A DNA stretch of 64,000 bases from Octopus sinensis (lineage: Eukaryota), in assembly GCF_006345805.1 (NCBI RefSeq), contig NC_043004.1, positions 75,578,001 through 75,642,000 of the forward strand. Reading direction: 5' to 3'. The notes below the pieces were generated by a model that made no database searches, was not told where the DNA came from, and saw nothing but the letters and a program-made list of their open reading frames with translations. Made by a program: the position numbers and the translations under genes. Of this stretch, positions 26,001 to 39,500 are shown in pieces. Within the stretch, counting starts at the first letter, position 1. Each line of letters begins with the position of its first letter.

Positions 26001-29000
26001 CCCCCATAACTTAGCAGTTTGGCAAAAGAGCGACAGAATAGGTACTGCGGTCAATTCATTCAACTTACGATTCTTCAGGGCAGTGCCCCAGCATGGCCAG
26101 TCTAATGACCCAAAAACAAGTTAAAGGAACACTCTAAAACAAATGTGTTTTCCTGAGATCGTCCTGAATAACAAACACAAACAGGCCTCACTTGACAGCC
26201 GAGTTGGAAAGGCCTTTAACTGTAAAAGCAACTGCTACCTGAGACATGGTATCTCGGAAAAACGTAAAGACAAAGGAAATATTCCCAATATTGAAGTAAT
26301 TACTAATATATCAGGGACTTTCACCTGACGCTCATCTTTCAGGTCTCTGGCCAGATTAGAAGCTTTACTCATTGTGGGTCCTGAGATGGCTTATTAGGCC
26401 CATATTAGCATAAATTTCATGGTTATAGTCAAAGTGAAATATTCTTTTTCTAACCACGAAATCTCACCCTGTCACTTGGTGTTGAGAATTCACCTAAATC
26501 TACATTGTACTTATCTACTTCTCATTCTTCATTGAAATCCATTATATTTGAATGCAGCCCAAAACTCATATAAACACACATTTGTCAATGCATTTAGTCC
26601 ACAAAGGTGGTGAGCTGGCAGAAACGTTAGCACACCGGGCAAAATGCTTAGCAGTATTTCATCTGCCACTACATTCTAAGTTCAAATTCCGCCAAGGTTG
26701 ACTTTGCCTTTCATCCTTTTGGGATCGATTAAATAAGTACCAGTTACGCACTGGGGTCGATGTAATCGACTTAATACCTATGTCTGTCCTTGATTGTCCC
26801 CTCTATGTTTAGCCCCTTGTGGATAATAAAGAAATAGGAATTTCATCTGTCTTTACGTTCTGCGTTCAAATTCCACCGAGGTCAACTTTCCCTTTTATCC
26901 TTTCGGGGTCAATAAATTAAGTACCAGTTGTGTACTGGGGTCAATCTCATCAACTGGCCCCTTCCCCAAAATTTCAGGCCTTGTGCTTAGAGTAGAAATG
27001 AATATTTTTTGTCCACCATTACATTCCACAGCAATTCTTTTCAACAACTGAAGCTGAATGACAAACTGTCTGCAAATATGGAAACCTTCACAGTACATTG
27101 TCAAACTGATTAGATGGAGATTGTTATTCTGCTGGATTACAAGCCTCATCATCATTTCAATGTGCACTTTTCCATGCTTGCATGGCTCAGTTTGTTCAGG
27201 CAGGTTTCTACAGCTGGATGCTCTTCCTGTCACCAACCCCCGTCAACATCCAAGCAGGGTAATATATTTTTTCCAAAGCGAGACGTGATTTTCAAAGATG
27301 GCTGGAAAGGAAACAAACAGCCTCACTCGTATGATGATGATGCTCAAGTACAACCATCACGTGATGTCTAGACAAGGGTACACATACACACACACATAAA
27401 AATACTTGTCCAAGTTGGAAAGTATCTGGAGATATTGAATTTTAAAGAAATCATAGGGTTATCTAATTGTATTCAAACTGGCCATATCTGGCCCAACCAT
27501 TATAGGTTGAAAAAAATTAAAGATGAATTCATCATCATTATCCTCATCATCATCATCGTTAAACGTCCGTTTTCCATGCTTGCATGGGTTGGACGGTTTG
27601 ACCAGGGTCTGGGAAGCTAGGAGAATGCACCAGGCTCTAGTCTAATCTGGTAGTGTTTTTACAGCTGGATGCCCTTCTTAACGCCAACCACTCCGTGAGT
27701 GTAGTGGGTGCTTTTTATGTGCCAAGCGAGGCTGGCAACGGCCACGATCGGTTGGTGCTTTTTACGTGCCACCAGCATGGAAGCCAGTCAAGGCGGCGCT
27801 TGCATCGGCCACGTTCAGGTGGTGTTTTTTACATGCCATGGCACAAGTATCACAACTACTATTTCCATTTGATTTTTTGATGTTGATGTTGTGAATTATG
27901 AATATATATTCTTAAATGCTCAAAATTTTTATCTTTTTTCAAATTTTACAAATTCTAAAATTACAATTTCGTCAAAAAAAAAAAAAAAAAAAAGAATGGA
28001 CTTGTATGACTTTTTGAACTTACTCTTTTTTAGGAGCAAAAAAATCATCGTCGTCATCATCTACATCATTTTCTTCTGCCCCAGCATTCATGTTATTGCA
28101 ATCATCAGCTGGTGGGGGATCATCAGCTGGTGGGGGAACATCTGCCTGGTTTTCATGGAGTACGGGATAATATTCTTCTTCATCTTCATCATCACCAAAA
28201 TTATATTTAATTGCTTGAGCTATATTTAAGAAAAGACAAAAAAAGATACAAATCAAATATTTCATAATATATGAATTTATAAAAAAAAATAATCACAATC
28301 TATCAGAAAGGAAAATATAAGAAACTGCAAAAAGCCCTTTAGTATTCAAATTTTTCTGTCAAATGTGATGCTTATTTATTCACATGGGTTTGGATTAATC
28401 ATACATTATCTCATAGAATGACATTGTAGGTATTGTGTGAGAGGTCAAATCTGGCCAACTTGAACACAAAACAGATAGAATTTTGGACTGAATATAATTC
28501 ATTTAACCCTCTTGCATTCAAACTGGTCATATCTGGCCCAAATATTCCATCTGTTTTATGTTCAAACTGGCCATATCTAACCTTGAAACACCTACCCTAC
28601 GATGTTGTTCTGAAAAATATGCCATCACATCATCGAAATATCAAAGCTAAGAGGTAAAGAATGATTAATTGATAACAATTTCAATAAATTAACCCTTATG
28701 AGTATTGAACACATAGCAGCTGGTCCAAAGCGCACACTGTATTGGTTGCATGGTGTTTGGTATACTCCACAATGTGCTACTAATATATCCAGTTTGATTT
28801 AAATGACTATACCTCTCCTGAACTATATACATTATAGTTCTATATATATAGAACTGTAGTATGTATAGGCCTATTCATACTATAGGAGTATATTATGTAT
28901 CTATAGAACAACAGCTCTGTGGATTGCAGTGAATTGTTTACAGCTATCAATTACAGTTGGTGGGTTACTATGACCTGTTTACAGCTAATGGATTACATTG

Positions 29001-32000
29001 AGTTGTTTGGACAACTTTCTGCATGCAATAATCTTTGCTCAGTCAGAGTTGGGCTGAGATTACATAACAACATGGATTAATGAAACTAAGTAAATATCCC
29101 AAAAATGACATTGCATTTTAACAGAATAAAGAATTAAATACCAACAAGTTAACACTATATTCAGTTTATTTTTTAATTTTCATTTACCAAAGATTTTTTG
29201 CTCTTTTAAAATAGATCTAAAAATCCAAACTTGTAAAGTGAATGAATAACAATAACTACTAAGAGAAAATAAACTGATCAATATTTCTTTGCTCCATGAG
29301 TTGGTGGGATAAATTAGAGCCAGTTGCCCAACCATTCATGGTCTGAAATAAGCATCACTAAATAAATCAAATCTGTTAACTTTTATCCAGAAAAATGCTG
29401 TAAATTATTCGCAACAACCAGGTGAAATTTATGCTAAATTGTTAAGTAATAAGGAAAGAGCCAGAAAACTAATGAAATACTAATTGTAGGGGTCAAATGC
29501 TAGATCACAAGTTAGTTTTCAAATCTTGGCTGTAACCATTTTGTTTCACTTATGGAGATAACGTCTTTGAGAAAGAACTGAGCATTATCACTTTCATTTC
29601 TACTCTCCTAAAATCTATGAATTCAAGAGAAACAGCCTCCTAGTCATGGATACCCGCTCTGATAAGGGGGTGGAGAGCAAACAACCAGCAGTTTATCATT
29701 CATATATGTAATACTGATCCCTTATATCAAGTGGCAAGCTGGCAGGAATGTTAGCATGCTGGGCTGGGCAAAATGCTTAGCTGTATTTCATGTTTTTACT
29801 TTCTGAGTTCAAATTCTGCTGGGGTATCCTTTCTGGGTCAATAAATTAAGTACCAGTTGCATACTGGAGTCAATCTAAATGACTGGCCCATCCCACAAAA
29901 ATTTCAGGGCAGAAAAGAATACTGAATCCTTACAGAATGATCCCTAGCAGTCAATAAACTATCATCACACAAATGGTCAAATAGATAATACAGATATAGT
30001 AAGGAAAAACGGACATTTAGCATCAATAAGAAGCTTCTGAGCAATTGGCTTTATTTTGAACATCCTCTGAAATTATTAAAACAAGGTCTTTACATATATA
30101 AAAAACTAGCAGTATCGCCCGGCGTTGCTCAGGTTTGTAAGGAAAATAACTATAAAGCATTTTTAGAGAGTTATAGCCAAAAAATGGAAAAAAATGATGG
30201 TAAATTTTTTTTGAGAGTAAAAAAAGGTGGAGTTGCGTCCCCCTAGACGGTTTGTGTTTCGGATTCTCGACCCCATGTCGAATTTATCGATTTTTTTCAG
30301 AACTGGGGGAACTTTTCAAAATTTTCGCTGCGTTAGTTTTGAATTATGACATTGGGCTATGTGTGTGTCAAGTTTCATCAGAATCGGTTGAAAGCCGTGG
30401 TCAGGGTGAGGGTACAAGCAAACAGACACACAGAAACACGCACAGACAAACTGCCGTTTATATAGAGAGAGATAAACTAAAAGTGAGTGTATAAAAGCAA
30501 ACACTGTTTTAAAAGAAAATAAATGCATAAAATTAAATATATTAAATTAGAAATTGAAAATATTTGTTTTATAACTGGAACAATGACAATGTTCAAAGAG
30601 CAATATAATTGAAAAATTAATTGTTTCAAAACTATTATAATTAGAAAAGGTTCCACTGGAGCCTTTTCTTAAATCTGTAAGAGACTTCAATAGCCTGCCT
30701 CTACAGTGAAAACAAACATGTGTCTGTGCGAGTGTGTTTCTTTGTTCCTGCTTTGTTAAACCTTTAGCATTCAGATTACTTTGTCCAATGTAATTTGAAA
30801 AATCGTTTAACATCCACGCTCCAATGCCGGCATGGATGGAACGGTTTGACAGGAGCTGGCCAGGCAGATGTCTGCACCAAACTTCTGTAACTGTTTTGGC
30901 GGGATTTTTACAGCTGGATGCCCTTCCCAACACCAACCACTCGACAGAGTGTGATTAAATAATATATATTTAATCGCATCTTTACACTTTTAGAAAAAGA
31001 ATATTTCACTCGGACGATCTTCCTCTCTTGAAAAACCTCTATGATGACAACCAGAAAATTGAACCCGAATACTATGTTCCCATTATTCCAATGATATTGG
31101 TGAATGGAACCGATGGCATTGGCACAGGATGGAGTACCAAAATACCTAACTATGATCCAAGAGAGATCATATCAAATATCAGGCGAATGTTGGCAGGAAA
31201 TGATCCTCTAAACATGGTGATTACTTTCACATCTTTTTGAGATTTCTCCCTCTTCTTAATTATATCTATTTTCCTATTTCTTTTTATGCAGCAGCATGTT
31301 TATGTCAATATCTCTTAACAACTTTAATAGCTAAGAGAACTTCAATTATGTACTACAGTTTATGGCTCCCATGATCGTGGCACGTAAAAAGCATCATTTG
31401 AGCGTGGTCGATGCCAGTGCCGGGCATCGTATCATTTACTATTCTGCTTACCAAAAGTGGCCCGCTTGGCACCGTGCATTCGTCACGTCGCAATGGCTGC
31501 GATATATGGAGTGGTTGGTGTTAGGAAGAGCATCAAGCTGTAGAAACCTTGCGAGATCAGATTGGAGCCTGGTGCAGCCTCCTGGCTTGCCAGTCCTCAG
31601 TCAAACCGTCGAAACCATGCCAGTATGGAAAGCAGCCGTTAAATGATGATGATGATGAAGATGGTGTGATTCTCCTATTATTAGAATGACTTTGTCGGGT
31701 AGGTGTGAGAGGTTGGATCTGGCCAGTTTGAACATAAAACAGGAAGCATAGGGCCCAATATGGCTGGATTGAATGCTTAATCATCATCATCATCATCATC
31801 ATCATCACCACCATTTAGCATCCGCTTTCCATGCTAGCATGGGTTGGATGGTTCAACTGGGGTTTGTGAAGCCAGAAGGCTGCATCAGGCCCAGTCTGAT
31901 CTGGCAGTGTTTCTACGGCTGGATGCCCTTCCTAACGCCAGGGTTGAATATTGCAATGAAGAATGCAAATAATAAAGCATTTGATATTTGAACTACATTT

Positions 32001-35000
32001 CACCATTTCTTTGTGTTAGCAGGGGTTCTGTAAACCTGCAGACTTACCCTTTGCAAATTGTCAGTTGCAATAAAGGATTTAACCAAAAACGATGCCGAAT
32101 GAAGATTCACTTTCATCTATCAGAATAATACCTCTTTTGAACACAGTAAAAATTGTGTCCTTATATGGCCTGGCAGACAATTTGTACTGTGTTCAAAAAA
32201 ATTCATCATCATCATTTAACATCTATTTTCCATGCTGACATGGGTTAGACTGGAGCTCTCCTGACTCCAATTGTCTGTTGGGGTATGGTTTCTAATGCTG
32301 AGTGCTCTTCCAAACACCAACTACTTTACAGAGTGTGCTGGGTGCGTTTATGCAGCACAAGCACAAGTGAATTTTCTGTGGCACCATCACCCGTAAAGGG
32401 CAAGCCTGTATGTATGGATGGTAAAAAAAAAAAAAAAAGATAGGAGGGAGGAAATGCTTAACCATTCCTAAATGGATTCACCATCTTTCAACAATGCTCA
32501 TTCCAGCTGTATGAAGAGGTTGACCGACTGAATCGCATCCCCTACACAGTGTATTGAATCACTGAAGTGGTTCAGTATTCCACAGACACTTTTACTTTTG
32601 CTAAAATCCTCAAGAATCAACATGGCAGTGTGACAAAGCCAACCTTTCAGACTACAGGTGCAGTCCAACTGTTTCTATTCCCCGACAAAGTCCTTTGACC
32701 ACATGTCACACAGTGGGGACTGAACAAAGGACCTTGAAATTGTGAAATCAACTTCCAAACCATTCATCATACCACTACTCATACCCTTAAAGGCAGGTTG
32801 AAATTAACATAACTTGGACAAGATATTACACAAAGTATTTTGTCATTTTCATTAGTAAGTCATTGATTACATTGGGTTACATCATAAAAGTTATTAATGA
32901 GTTGTTATACAATAGAAGGTGGGCCAAAATTGTAAGTCTAACAGGCTTAATTATAATAATAATAATTATTATTATTATTATTATTATTATTATTGGAGAT
33001 TTGATAATTTCAGGCAGATTTCTACAGCATCACCTGCTATACACTTCTGGAGTGTGTGCAACATTGAGTTGTTTTGATTTTTTTTTTTTTTTCCTTGTAT
33101 TTTGTTGGGGGAGTACAAACTCTTCCCAGATTTTGTTATGGGTATTGGGGCTTCAGTCTTTGGTTTGCATTGTGAGTAATGCAAGTCGTGTTTCTCTTTG
33201 GGTATCAAACCTGTAGAGAACACCTGAGTCATTGTCATTTTATGACTGGTTTCCATGCCAGCATGAGGTGCATGGTTCAACAGAAGCTGGCTATCAGAAG
33301 TGTTGCCCAGGCTCCACGTCTGTTTCAGCCTGGTTTCTATGGCTGGATTGCCTTCCTAACACTTTTTCCTTCCAGTTTTGCCCCATGTGTAAGTAGCAGT
33401 GAAAATCAAGAAATAAAAGCATGCAATTAATACAAGAGTAAATACGCTAAGCAGTGGGGATAAGTATTTTAATCAGATAATTCTTCATTATACTAATCAG
33501 GCACATTTTTTTTTGGTGCCTACATTAATATAAAAACAATTATCGTTTTAGTGAATCACCTTACCAGTTTTGCGTTGTAAGACTAAAGTAAATGAATGAT
33601 GAAGATAAAATAAAGATTTCAAAATTAGCAACATTGCAGTTCTATATTTAAGAGATGAGGAATTATGTACATTATTTACATTTGACGGATATTTGTCCTC
33701 ATCTTGTTTGTTGTTAAAACGACGTTTCAGCTGATATACTCTCCAGCCTTCATCAAGTGTCTTGGGGAAATTTCGAACCAGGGTTCTCATTCCTAAGGAT
33801 TTTTCGATGTTATTATTATTTATTATCATTATTCAGGTCACTGCTTGATATCGTACCTGGAATCTTGGGGTTAGTAACCCGCGTTCTTATGGCGTAGTGG
33901 TCATGAGCGCGGGCTACTAACCCTAAGATTCTGAGGTCGATTCCAGATGATGATGGTAATGGTGATGATGATAATAATAATAAGAACAACAACATCGAAA
34001 AATACCTTAGGAATGAGAACCCAGGTTCAAAATTTCCCCAAGACGCCTGATGAAGGCTGGAGGGTATATCAGCTGAAACATTGTTTTAACAACAAACAAG
34101 ATGAGGACAAATATCCATCAAATGTAAATAATGTATAAATATAGGAAATAGATGAAGAAGAGACCAAGAAGTCTTAAGAAAGAGAGCAATTAAAAATAGA
34201 GAACATTGAAAAGAACAGAGAGAAGAGAGAGGAAGAGAAAAGAGGAGAGAAATAAAGAAGCAAATGTTGAAAAGAAAGTGAAAGAAAAGAAAAAGAGAAA
34301 CAAGATAGAAAAGAAATTTAAGTGAGAGGGTGAAATGAGACCTCGTTATAACAAGAGTAATTAGATCTTGAGGGTTTTTTTTTTTTTAGTTTGTTTTGAG
34401 GATTTTGTCCCAAACAAGGCTTGAGGCCATTGTTGTGTAAGGGACTACAAAAAAGAAAAAGGAGCCTACAAACTCAAAATATGTTGTCAGAAAGCTTAAA
34501 GGAGTGAATATCATATATCAAAAGAAAACAAGACAATTGTAGTGAGTTCCAATGAGCAGCAGTTCAAGGGAAGTTATTAGACTAAAAGGACTTTAAGACT
34601 AACAGGAAGCTCAACAGAGAAACGGTGCATTGGGGGTGAAGGAAAAGAACTAAAAACAGAAACCCAAAAACAAATTAAGAAAAAAATATAGGAAATACAA
34701 AAGGGAAAAAGAGGAAGAAATTATTTTAGAATTTAATTTTAATGAAGAGAAAATAAATATACCAAAATGAAATAGAGAACAGAGAAATCTGGAAAGACAA
34801 AATAAAGAGAAGATATTGAACAATAATAAAAAAAAAAAGTAGCACTCACCGGCAGCACGTCTTGGAATTCGTTCTCTTGAAGCTGAAAGATCTGCAGCTT
34901 CCACATCTGACAAACTACTGATGGAACCAGCATCAGATTCATCAGATTCCCATGGCTTCTTCTTTTTCATTCCTTTACCCTTTTTGCCTTTTGGAGATCC

Positions 35001-35975
35001 TGATGAAGCTTTGGGTACTCGTGGCTGTCGGGGTTTCTTTGCTATGAAATTTAAGGAAAAAAATTCATTAGAATTAAGTGTCCAATGTCATCACAAACAC
35101 TTGATAAATGGCTTGGTCAAAAAGTATTCAACCTTTGGCCAAGAAACATGAAAAAACTAAACATTTTGATTTAGTCTCCTTCAAAGTATTCGCTTTGGGA
35201 GTCTACAGACTTCTGCCAGCGTTCCTGCCACTGCTGGAAACATTTCTGGAAATCCCTTTTTGGGATGCTGTAGAGGTGTGCTATCGAATTTTGCTTAATG
35301 TCCTCTGTTGATTCAAATCTTCTCCCTTTGGGTGTTCCTTTGAGCTTTGAGAATAACCAAAAATCACTAAGAGCCAAGTCTGGGGAATAGGAAGCCAGAC
35401 AAACAAGTGTTGTGTTTTGCTTGACGAAGAATGCTTGGACGATGAGAGCGGAATGAGCAGGTGTGTTGTCATGGTGGAGTTGCCAGTTCTTTGCTGGGTC
35501 ATTTTCACCGCACAACTTCACAAAGGTGATCAAGAACTTTTGCAAACATTTTTGTCGTTTCTACTAGTCAATGGTCTGCCACTGTCCACTGAGGTGCGGC
35601 CATCTTTGAACCGGTTGTACCACTCCTTTATTTTTGTTTTCCCAACAGCATCATCTCCAAAAGCCTTCTGTATTTTCTCAATGGCCTGGGCTTGCGTATC
35701 ACCAAGTTTTTGGCAGAATTTGATACAGCATCTTTGCTCAGTACACTCGGTCATCTTGACTCAAAAATAATAATTGCACAGCACAATCTTCACACCTGTA
35801 CTCAATGTGTCACTGCGGGTGAATGACACAACCTACAGACATGAACATTTTTGCACATACTCAGGAAGGACACAGCCACCTAATACCCATGCAGATTTGG
35901 CTCACGTATTATTATTTTGTGGCAAAAAACAAAAATCACAGTCGGATACATTTGACTACACCTTCTGTATGTATG

Positions 35976-36011
<36 letters not shown>

Positions 36012-36071
36012 CATACATATATACATATATATATATATACATATACATACATATATACATACATACATACA

Positions 36072-36103
<32 letters not shown>

Positions 36104-36509
36104 CATATATATATATTATAATATATATTACATATATGTATATATACTCTTTTACTTGTTTCAGTCATTTTGACTGCAACCATGTTGGAGCACCACCTTT
36201 AGTCGAGCAAATTGACCCCAGGACTTATTCTTTGTAAACCTAGTACTAATCTTATCAGTCATTTTTGCCAAACCGCAACGTTACGGGGACGTAAACACAC
36301 CAGCACCGGTTGTCAAGTGATGATGGATACACACACACATATATAGGACGGGCTTCTCTCAGTTTCCGCCTACCAAATCCACTCACAAGGCTTTGGTCGG
36401 CCCAAGGCTATAGTAGAAGACACTTGCCCAAGGTGCCACACAGTGGGATTGAACCCGGAACCATGTGGTTGGTAAGCAAGCTACTTACCACACAGCCACT
36501 CCTGCGCCT

Positions 36510-36553
<44 letters not shown>

Positions 36554-39500
36554 TTTTTAATTGAAATTACCACCACCCCGCCATCAAGTATAATACACTG
36601 CAATGAATAATAAACTGCTACATGCATCTGCTCCCAGTAAAATATTGCATATGTACTTGGGTAAAAGAACATCATAATTATTTGGATTATTATTTGGCTA
36701 GCAAGTGGTGGAGGTGAGGCATCTGGCCTGGCCAATCCAAACTCGATCGTGTGACTGTGTCATACTACTAAGTAACTCATAGCATAGTGTTGACACAATA
36801 TTCTTTGTTACTGAATTCTAACATCAAATCCTGTCTCAGGGCTGGCTGTGCTTATCTTCACTTGACGAGTAATGTAACAGGTTGGAACAACAGGGTGAAC
36901 TTTATACACTAACTGTAACCACTCACTTCTACAAAAGCCAACCAGAAAGCTGCCACGTAATGTCTTGACTTACTAAATCTAGCAACCAATCACATTCTAC
37001 CATCTTAGAAAATGGAAAAGACAGACTGGTATGGAAAGAATTTTGAAGTAAGAGAATGCAAAAGGATGAAGTATGTATTACACAGTATTGCAAACTCAAG
37101 ACTAAAATATTTTTGGTTTCAAAAATGGTTTTGTTTGTTGATTTCTTTAAAAAAATGAAGACAAATGTAACTTTTAGCTTTTTTTTTTTTTTTTTTTTTT
37201 GATGAGTTAAAAAAAAAAGGAAAATAAATGAAATAGAGATTTTGGAAAATTGTCAACTCACCTGGTTTGAGTTCTCCAAGGCGTTCAATGAGGCTTTTAG
37301 GTTCTTGTGAATTTTCGTCACCAATTTCTTCTTTCATTTCCTTTCTGATCTGTAAAAATAAAAGAAAGGAAATCATCATCATCATCATCGTTTAACATCC
37401 GCTTTCCATGCTGGCATGGGAGGACTGGTAAGCCAGGGACTGCACCAGGCTCAATCTGATCTGGCAAAGTTTCTACAGCTGGATGTCCTTCCTAGCGCCA
37501 ACCACTCCGAGAGTGTAGTGGGTGTTTTATGTGCCACCAGCATGAGGGACAGACAGGCGGTTCTGGCAATGACCACGCTCAAAGTTGTTTTTACGTGCTA
37601 CCTGCACGGGAGCCGGTCCAGTGGCACTGGCAACAACCATGCTCAAATGTTGTTTTTCAACTGCCACTGGCACATGTGCTGGTAAGGCAACGATCCTGCT
37701 CAAATGGTGCTTTTCACGTGTCACCGGCATGGTCGTCAATCCGTGGCCTTAACAACAATCACACTCAGATGTGCTTTTAACATTCCACAGTAAAATGTAT
37801 TTTTGAAAAATATGGTCATTTCTTTGATGGTTGTTTTGATTCACTTTCCATCTCTACTTTAAAATATTTCATATCATAGTTCAAAGCAACTCTAATAGTT
37901 CAGTGGTTCTAAACTGAGGTCTACATGACCCTTGGGAGTCCAAATAAGATTTTGTTGTTAAAGCTTATGAGCAATAAATTGGTTATACTTCTTCAATGCA
38001 TAAAATAGTTTAACATTTTTTTAATACATTTCCTAATATCTAAATATAAAAGAATGACAGGATTTTTACACAGCAAATGGCTACGGGGCTCCAGTAGCTT
38101 AGAACAGGAATCAAAGGAGTCCATGGGTAAAAAATGGTTGAGAAATACTGATGTAGAGGAACATTCACACAAACTTGGGGACGGTAAGCATTTAAACTGG
38201 CCAAATCCGACCAAAAAAATTCTACCATTTTGAAGTTCTAACAGGCCAGAACTGGCCTCTAACAACTACCCTTGAATGTCATTGTAAAAATAAACAATCA
38301 CATCGTCGAAATATCAAAGTTATGAAATAGTCCATGATCAAAACAATATGAATAAACATTATATTTGAGAGAGTAATCTGAATGCTAAGGGGTTAAGCAA
38401 TGGAAAGGGAACACAGCCATTACCTTTGTCAAGGGTTTCTATGTATGGTAGGACAAAATAACCCACAGAAATAGCATTAATGCCTCCAGATTGGGTTTCT
38501 CAGCAAAAGGAGTCCAAGGGCCAAGTAATGGTGTTAAACAGACAGCAGGTTAAGTCTAACACCCAAAAACAGTAGCAGTCTGCCTCTGAACTCTGTCTTC
38601 AAAATTTCACTCACAAGACATGGGTCAATCCAAAGCAGCAGCCTTAAAGTAGGACTGCACCTCAAACCGGAGAGTTATGAAGTGGACTTCTTAACCACAC
38701 AGCACCCTATATACACACACGTATGTATGCCTGTATATGTCGAGTAGCACCTTTGTATAGAACAAGAGACACCCTGCCAAAACATACAGTTTGAATAACC
38801 TTTATTGTTATCACCATCACCATTTAATGTCCACTTTCCCATGTTTGTATGGATCTGACCTAATTTGATGAGGCATTTTTCTCTAAAGCGGGATGCTCTT
38901 CCTGTCACTGCTCCTCACCTATTTCCAAGCAAGATAATATTTTCCCATGGTTAGGTCATGATTTTCACAGAAGACTAGAAACGGTCAACCTTGTTTGAAT
39001 GACAGCAATGCTCATTTACAACCATCGTAAGTACAAATACATATACACATACATATACAGGGCTTCTTTCAGTTTCCATCTGCGAAATTCACACACAAGG
39101 CACTGGCCGGCCAGAGACCATAGAAGACACTTGATCAAGGTGTCACAAAATGGGACTGAACACAGCACAACATGGTTTGGAAGCACTCTTCTTAACCACA
39201 CAGTTATGCTTGCACTTATACAACATTTAATTTTAAAAAAAAACTGTCATGTCCATTTTTGCATTTTCATGACAACCCTTAGGGATTACATGCTAAAGTA
39301 ATGGAGGGTCACCCAGCAGTACCATCATCATCATCATCATCATAATTGTAACATCCGTTTTCTATGCTGGCCAGCCAGAGAGCTACACCAGGCTTCATTT
39401 GTCTGTCTTGGCATGGTTTCTATGACCAAATGCCCTTCCTAATGGCAACCACTTTACAGAGTGTGCTGGGTGCTTAATCAATCAATGTCCTGTGATACAA

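Noticed and set aside
28101-28139. 18-nt tandem repeat (PPPADD x2) in a top2 exon
   Set aside because: Real, but an ordinary slippage duplication in a disordered region.
31028-31240. A second top2 gene on the + strand
   Set aside because: A single truncated exon copy; no other top2 exons are found on +.
33889-33946. Functional tRNA gene
   Set aside because: A/B boxes are present but the acceptor stem does not pair, and the sequence is the head of a multi-copy SINE.
35774-36183. YI/HT-repeat ORFs
   Set aside because: Translations of (TA)n/(TACA)n microsatellite.
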